NCBI GenBank assembly: GCA_035556455.1
Contig: DATMEX010000026.1
Span: 3,574-67,573, forward strand
Source: Pseudolabrys sp.
GTDB lineage: Bacteria > Pseudomonadota > Alphaproteobacteria > Rhizobiales > Xanthobacteraceae
Direction: 5' to 3'
Length of the DNA: 64,000 nt
Shown piece by piece: positions 58,612 through 64,000 of the stretch (its first letter is position 1; the number at the start of each line of letters is the position of its first letter). The notes under the pieces are model-generated. The model was not told where the DNA came from, did not search any database, and worked only from the letters and a program-made list of their open reading frames with translations. The translations under genes were made by a program, and so were the position numbers.

Positions 58612-59493
58612 ATGGCCTCATTCGTCGAAACGCTGCTCGCCCCCTTTAACGCTTTGATTCCGGCCCGGTTCCGCTCGGACAGCCCGGTCGTGCCGGTGGT
58701 GCGGCTGTCCGGCATGATCGGCGTGAGTTCGCCGCTGCGGCCGGGCCTGACCTTGGCCGGCCTGACGCGCACCCTCGATCGCGCCTTTGCCGTGCCGCGC
58801 GCGCGGGCGGTGGCGCTGGTGATCAATTCGCCGGGCGGCTCGCCGACGCAGTCGCACCTGATCTTCCGCCGCATCCGCCAGCTTGCCGAGGAGAAGAAGC
58901 TCCCGGTCCTCGCCTTCATCGAGGATGCGGGCGCTTCGGGCGGCTACATGCTGGCCTGCGCCGCCGATGAGATCATCTGCGACGACTATTCCATCGTCGG
59001 CTCGATCGGCGTCATCGGCGGCTCGTTCGGCTTTCAGGAGCTGATGAAGAAGATCGGCGTCGAGCGCCGCATCTATACGTCGGGCGAGCGCAAGGCGATG
59101 CTCGATCCGTTCCGCGAGGAAAACCCCGAGGACGTCGCGCGCATCAAGGCGATCCAGGCCGACATCCATGCCCACTTCATCGAACTGGTGAAGAAGCGCC
59201 GCGGGACCAAGCTCAAGGGTGACGACAAGGTGTTGTTCTCCGGCGAGTTCTGGACCGCCGACAAGGCCATCGATCTCGGCCTTGCCGACAGCCGCGGCGA
59301 ACTGCGCTCGGTGCTGCGCGAGCGCTATGGCGACAAGGTGCGCACCCCGGTCATCGCCACGGAACGCGGCTTCCTCGGCCGCCGGCTGATGGGCTCGCGT
59401 TTGCCCGACATGGTGCGCGGCCGCGGCGGCTTCGCCGACGATCTCATGACCGCGCTGGAAGAGCGTGCGTTATGGTCGCGCTACGGGCTGTAA
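58612..59493 (+). CDS. S49 family peptidase (SppA-like)
   Basis: INSPGGSP, GASGGYMLA, SIVGSIGVI, FSGEFW. Confidence 0.92.
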   Translation: MASFVETLLAPFNALIPARFRSDSPVVPVVRLSGMIGVSSPLRPGLTLAGLTRTLDRAFAVPRARAVALVINSPGGSPTQSHLIFRRIRQLAEEKKLPVLAFIEDAGASGGYMLACAADEIICDDYSIVGSIGVIGGSFGFQELMKKIGVERRIYTSGERKAMLDPFREENPEDVARIKAIQADIHAHFIELVKKRRGTKLKGDDKVLFSGEFWTADKAIDLGLADSRGELRSVLRERYGDKVRTPVIATERGFLGRRLMGSRLPDMVRGRGGFADDLMTALEERALWSRYGL

Positions 59494-59566
59494 TTGCGCG
59501 CGTTTCCCGTCGCGAAATAGCCCAGATTGTTCCGGACCATCGCCGGATCGAACCCCAGGAGCCGAC

Positions 59567-59770
59567 ATGCCCGCGATTCTGTTTTCGCCTCTGGTGAAGT
59601 GGACGCTTGCCGCCGTAGGCGGTGCGATGGTCGTGCAGTGGGCGGTCAAGGAAGCCCGCCGCATCAACGACGAACTCGAGGCGCAGCGCCGTGTGCGGGT
59701 GCGCATCAAGGATCGCGAGAATCGCCCGACCTTGCGGCGCGATCCTGTGACCGGCGAGTATCGGCCCTAA
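59567..59770 (+). CDS. Small membrane-anchored hypothetical protein (67 aa)
   Basis: AGGAG SD; MPAILFSPLVKWTLAAVGG...PTLRRDPVTGEYRP. Confidence 0.75.
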   Translation: MPAILFSPLVKWTLAAVGGAMVVQWAVKEARRINDELEAQRRVRVRIKDRENRPTLRRDPVTGEYRP

Positions 59771-59827
59771 GCGATCGGCAATTGAGATTGAGTAAGGGCG
59801 GGTATGAGGGCTGGATGAGCCGGCGCG

Positions 59828-59914
59828 TCAGCGCGCCGTGCCCGGGCTGCCGGTGACGAGTGCGCCGAAGAACAGCGCCAGAAACACCATCCCGATGACC
59901 TGAAAAGTCAGCAT
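59828..59914 (-). CDS. 28-aa hydrophobic peptide, absent from the ORF track
   Basis: MLTFQVIGMVFLALFFGALVTGSPGTAR*; one TM helix; weak AGGG SD. Confidence 0.5.
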   Translation of the reverse strand: MLTFQVIGMVFLALFFGALVTGSPGTAR

Positions 59915-60147
59915 TGAATATCCCTGCAACCTTTTCTTCAGCCTGTCTCAGTTGTGTCTTTATCGGGCCGGTTTCAAGATAAGCTGAAGGTATAGGTTAC
60001 AACTGTCTCGATCCGGCCTCTTGTGACGGAGGCTTGTCCGGCAGCTTGACCCCAATTGGGGCCGCCGATAGGGTCCCGCCGCGCCGTTACCCTTTGAAAT
60101 CAGTAACAAACGGCCGCCGGAAAACCCCTGACAGGCCCGAACGTTCC

Positions 60148-61077
60148 ATGCCCGCTGCGCAAGCCAATCTCGACCCGTCGCGCTCATTCCAGGGCCTGAT
60201 CCTGGCGCTGCAGGAATTCTGGGCCGGCCAGGGCTGCGTCATTCTCCAGCCCTATGACATGGAAGTCGGCGCCGGCACCTTCCACCCGGCCACCACCTTG
60301 CGCGCGCTGGGCCCGAGGCCCTGGAACGCCGCCTATGTGCAGCCCTCGCGCCGGCCCAAGGACGGCCGCTATGGCGAGAATCCGAACCGGCTGCAGCACT
60401 ATTATCAATTCCAGGTGATCCTGAAGCCGTCGCCGCCGAACATCCAGCAGCTCTATCTCGACTCGCTGAAAGTGATCGGCATCGCCTCCGACCTGCACGA
60501 CATCCGCTTTGTCGAGGACGACTGGGAAAGCCCGACCTTGGGCGCCTGGGGTCTCGGCTGGGAATGCTGGTGCGACGGCATGGAAGTGTCGCAGTTCACC
60601 TACTTCCAGCAGGTCGCCGGCGTCGAGTGCGCGCCGGTCGCCGGCGAACTGACTTACGGTCTCGAGCGCCTCGCCATGTATGTGCAGGGCGTCGATCGCG
60701 TCTACGATCTCAACTTCAATGGCCTCGACGGCGACAGACGAGTCACCTACGGCGACGTCTTCCTGCAGGCCGAGCGCGAATATTCGAAGCACAATTTCGA
60801 AGTCGCCGACACCGGCATGCTGTTCGAGCAGTTCAAAATGGCCGAAGCGGCCTGCAAGAAATATCTCGACGCCGGCTACAACGCCGAGCGCACGCATCAT
60901 GGCATGGCCTTGCCGGCCTACGACCAGTGCATCAAGGCGAGCCACGTTTTCAACCTGCTCGACGCCCGCGGCGTCATCTCGGTCACCGAACGCCAGAGCT
61001 ATATCCTGCGCGTGCGCGAACTCGCCAAGGAATGCGGGCAAGCTTGGTTGAAGACCGAAGCCGGTGGGGCACAATGA
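60148..61077 (+). CDS. glyQ: Glycine-tRNA ligase alpha subunit
   Basis: [53 protein letters not shown]. Confidence 0.97.
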   Translation: MPAAQANLDPSRSFQGLILALQEFWAGQGCVILQPYDMEVGAGTFHPATTLRALGPRPWNAAYVQPSRRPKDGRYGENPNRLQHYYQFQVILKPSPPNIQQLYLDSLKVIGIASDLHDIRFVEDDWESPTLGAWGLGWECWCDGMEVSQFTYFQQVAGVECAPVAGELTYGLERLAMYVQGVDRVYDLNFNGLDGDRRVTYGDVFLQAEREYSKHNFEVADTGMLFEQFKMAEAACKKYLDAGYNAERTHHGMALPAYDQCIKASHVFNLLDARGVISVTERQSYILRVRELAKECGQAWLKTEAGGAQ

Positions 61078-61673
61078 GCGGCGCGAAGACACTTTTGCAG
61101 TTGGCCGGCGTTACGCCGTCCGTCGCCCGTTTGTCCGAGGCGGCGGTGGTGATCATCGACGCGCAGAACGAATATGTCAGCGGCCGTCTGCCGCTCGCCG
61201 GCGTCGATGCCGCGCTGGCGCACATTGCCGATCTGCTCAAGGCGGCGCGCGCGGCCGGCGCGCCGGTCATTCACGTCGCCCAGCGCGGCCGTCCCGGCGG
61301 GCTGTTCGATCCGGACAGCGAGAATTTCCGGTTCGCTGCGCAGGCCGCCCCCACCGGTTCGGAAGCGGTCGTCGAAAAGCCGCTGCCGAATTCCTTCGCC
61401 AAGACCGATCTCGATGCGAAACTTCAGGCGACCGGCCGCAAGAGTTTGATCGTCGCCGGGTTCATGACGCATATGTGCGTCAGCGCGACCACGCGGTCGG
61501 CGCTCGACCACGGCTACAGCGTCACCGTGCTCGCCGACGCGACGGCGACACGGCCTTTGCCCGATCCGCTCGGCGGCGCCGATCTGCCGGCCGACCAGAT
61601 ACACCGCACGGCCCTGGCCGAACTCGCCGACCGCTTCGCGACCGTGGCGCGCATCGCCGACATCAAAGCCTGA
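61074..61673 (+). CDS. Isochorismatase-family cysteine hydrolase
   Basis: IIDAQNEY (D), EKPLPNSF (K), AGFMTHMCV (C) triad; ATGA overlap with glyQ. Confidence 0.9.
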   Translation: MSGAKTLLQLAGVTPSVARLSEAAVVIIDAQNEYVSGRLPLAGVDAALAHIADLLKAARAAGAPVIHVAQRGRPGGLFDPDSENFRFAAQAAPTGSEAVVEKPLPNSFAKTDLDAKLQATGRKSLIVAGFMTHMCVSATTRSALDHGYSVTVLADATATRPLPDPLGGADLPADQIHRTALAELADRFATVARIADIKA

Positions 61674-61778
61674 TCGCGCCTTCCCCACCGCCGGTTCGAA
61701 GCGTTCTCGGGAGCAATCCCGGCGCGGACAGGCCGCCTACGGCATTATCGAAACATTCACCAAGCGCTGGCCCGCACC

Positions 61779-61804
61779 GGAACGGTGACGGTGCGCTGTT
61801 CGTT
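61779..61804 (+). promoter_or_regulatory. sigma-EcfG-type promoter
   Basis: GGAAC (61779-61783)-N17-CGTT (61801-61804), 52 nt before the ATG at 61857. Confidence 0.6.
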
Positions 61805-61856
61805 GTGTCGTCGCAAACCGGGGGCTGCACGACGAAGCTGACGAGACGACAGAGTA

Positions 61857-62069
61857 ATGAGGGCGACCTGGTTTGAAGTTGTACGTGAAGGCAATGCCTG
61901 GGTGGTGCGGTCGCAGTCGGTGGAATACGGGCGCTTCTGGACGGAGATGGAAGCCTTTCATGTCGCGGTCGCGCAGGCGCGCGCCCTGAAGAGCAAAGGC
62001 CGGCGGGCGCAGGTGCGGGTGGTGCGCGATCCGCAGCAGGCCAACCGCGTTTATCTGGACGTGCCCTGA
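61857..62069 (+). CDS. Small hypothetical protein (70 aa, DUF2188-like)
   Basis: WFEVVREGNAWVVR...EAFHVAVAQARALKSKGRRAQVRV. Confidence 0.65.
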   Translation: MRATWFEVVREGNAWVVRSQSVEYGRFWTEMEAFHVAVAQARALKSKGRRAQVRVVRDPQQANRVYLDVP

Positions 62070-62219
62070 GTTCGCGGGCGATGAGTTCTGGCGAGAGACG
62101 GTCGGGGGCAGAATGCTTCCGGCCGTTTCGATTCATCGCCGGGCGGGGCGGCAGGTGACAATCCGGCCGCTCCCTGCTACCTGCGGACGCTCCCAATCCA
62201 GCCTTCGCGACGGCCCAAA

Positions 62220-64000
62220 ATGCCCGACCTTCTGCTCGAACTGTTCTCCGAAGAAATTCCCGCGCGCATGCAGGCGCGGGCCGCCGATGACCTGAAAAAG
62301 GTGGTCACGGACCGGCTGGTCGCGGCAGGTCTCGTCTATGAGGGCGCCAAGGCTTTCGCCACGCCGCGGCGTCTGGCGCTCACCGTGCAGGGCGTGCCGG
62401 CGCGCCAGCCCGACCTCAAGGAAGAGCGCAAGGGCCCGAAAGTGGGCGCACCGGAGCAGGCCATCGCCGGCTTCATGAAGGCCGCCGGGCTCACCTCGAT
62501 CGACCAGGCCAAGGTGCAGGCCGACAAGAAGGGCGACTTCTATGTCGCCATCACCGAGAAAAAGGGCCGCGACGCCACCGAAGTCATCGCCGAGATGATC
62601 CCGGAGATCGTTCGCACTTTCCCGTGGCCGAAGCAGATGCGCTGGGGCGCGGATTCCGCCAAGTCCGGCGCGCTGACCTGGGTGCGGCCGCTGCATTCCA
62701 TCATCGCCACCTTCGGCCCCGAGACCGAGGACCCGGTGGTGCTCGCGTTCGACATCGGCGGCATCAAGGCCGGCAACGAAACGCGCGGCCATCGCTTCAT
62801 GGCGCCCGCGTCGTTCAAGGTGCGGCGCTTCGACGATTACGTCGCGGCGCTGGAGAAAGCCAAGGTCGTGCTCGATCCGGCGCGGCGCATGGACATCATC
62901 CGCACCGACGCGAAGAACCTCGCTTTCGCGCAGGGTCACGAACTCGTCGAGGACGAAGGCCTCACCGCCGAAGTCGCCGGCCTCGTCGAATGGCCGGTGC
63001 CGCTGATGGGCTCCTTCGACAAGGACTTCCTCAACATCCCCGGCGAAGTCATCCGCTCGACCATCCGCGCCAACCAGAAATGTTTCGTGCTGCGCGATCC
63101 GTCGTCGAGCAAGCTGGTCAACAAGTTCATCCTCGTCGCCAACATCGAAGCGACCGACGGCGGCAAGGCCATCGTCGCCGGCAATGAGCGCGTCATCCGC
63201 GCGCGCCTGTCGGATGCCAAGTTCTTCTACGAGACCGATCTCAAGACCAAGCTCGAAGATCGCCTGCCGAAATTCGAGTCCATCGTGTTCCACGAAAAGC
63301 TCGGCACCCAGGCCGAGCGTATTGCGCGCATCGTCTCGCTCGCCGGGCAGCTCGCGCCTCTCGTCGGCGCCGATGCGGCGAAGGCCGAACGTGCGGCGCA
63401 GCTCTGCAAGGCGGATCTGCTCACCGAAGTGGTCGGCGAATTCCCCGAATTGCAGGGCCTGATGGGCCGCTACTACGCCGAGGCGCAGAACGAGGACGAA
63501 GCCGTCGCCCATGCGATCGAGGATCACTACCGGCCGAAGGGCCCGGAGGATCTGGTGCCGGCCGATCCGGTGTCGATCGCGGTGGCGCTCGCCGACAAGA
63601 TCGATACGCTTGTCGGCTTCTGGTCGATCGACGAGAAGCCGACCGGCTCGAAGGATCCTTATGCGCTGCGCCGCGCCGCGCTCGGCGTCATCCGCATCAT
63701 CATCGACAATCAGCTCCGCCTGCCGCTGCATCGTCTGCTGTGGCGTCACTTCGGCGCGGTGGCGCGCGACGAGGCGCTGGCCTCGGCCTTCGCCGCGCTG
63801 CATCCGATCCATGACGACATCGCCAATATCAGCGCCACCGATATCGAGCTGGCGATGAAGCTCGAAGTGCTGGTGTCGGCCAAGGAGCGCAGCGTTGTGT
63901 CGCCGAAGCTGATCGAGGCGCACTCCTTCGTCGGGCCGACGCGCGATCTCATCGCCTTCTTCGCCGATCGCCTCAAGGTGCAGTTGCGCGAGCAGGGCGC
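62220..64000 (+). CDS. glyS: Glycine-tRNA ligase beta subunit (runs off window end)
   Basis: [67 protein letters not shown]. Confidence 0.97.
   Translation, partial: MPDLLLELFSEEIPARMQARAADDLKKVVTDRLVAAGLVYEGAKAFATPRRLALTVQGVPARQPDLKEERKGPKVGAPEQAIAGFMKAAGLTSIDQAKVQADKKGDFYVAITEKKGRDATEVIAEMIPEIVRTFPWPKQMRWGADSAKSGALTWVRPLHSIIATFGPETEDPVVLAFDIGGIKAGNETRGHRFMAPASFKVRRFDDYVAALEKAKVVLDPARRMDIIRTDAKNLAFAQGHELVEDEGLTAEVAGLVEWPVPLMGSFDKDFLNIPGEVIRSTIRANQKCFVLRDPSSSKLVNKFILVANIEATDGGKAIVAGNERVIRARLSDAKFFYETDLKTKLEDRLPKFESIVFHEKLGTQAERIARIVSLAGQLAPLVGADAAKAERAAQLCKADLLTEVVGEFPELQGLMGRYYAEAQNEDEAVAHAIEDHYRPKGPEDLVPADPVSIAVALADKIDTLVGFWSIDEKPTGSKDPYALRRAALGVIRIIIDNQLRLPLHRLLWRHFGAVARDEALASAFAALHPIHDDIANISATDIELAMKLEVLVSAKERSVVSPKLIEAHSFVGPTRDLIAFFADRLKVQLREQG

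Noticed and set aside
59920-60147. T-box riboswitch upstream of glyQ
   Set aside because: There is no T-box consensus (AGGGTGGNACCGCG) or terminator/antiterminator, and T-boxes are not typical of alphaproteobacteria.

Overview
GC-rich alphaproteobacterial chromosomal segment, most likely Hyphomicrobiales (Xanthobacteraceae/Nitrobacteraceae-like; this is inferred from gene content and synteny). It is mostly core genes: a MoxR-DUF58-BatA/DUF4159-GATase-like operon, DUF1285-nudix-cca, two Omp25-like barrels, hemF/trmL, petABC, mtnP-apt, lemA-htpX, smc, DsbA-DUF721/mutY, ccrM, moaB, rnhB, cydAB, ETF-QO, a KdpDE-like pair, TPR-ispE, ispB, an S49 peptidase and glyQ/glyS. I found no IS, integrase, tRNA, rRNA or CRISPR array. 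Best leads: (1) A two-gene module wedged into the MoxR operon, with a PIN/VapC toxin and a non-canonical putative antitoxin (DUF7662-like N-terminus plus a VapB-type tail). It has its own promoter, with TTGACA lying inside a perfect 10-bp operator palindrome. (2) An unannotated ~85-nt candidate sRNA with a sigma-EcfG-type promoter, a C-rich loop and a terminator upstream of lemA. (3) Several ORFs under 60 aa missed by the ORF track, including a 28-aa hydrophobic peptide behind a structured leader. (4) 13 REP-like palindromic elements in five families, one of which carries an ORF bridging two ATGA overlaps. (5) A peptidoglycan-binding module inserted in the ispE-linked TPR protein. (6) A perfect alphaproteobacterial LexA box before a radical SAM gene. 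All family assignments are from motif recognition; no database search was run.
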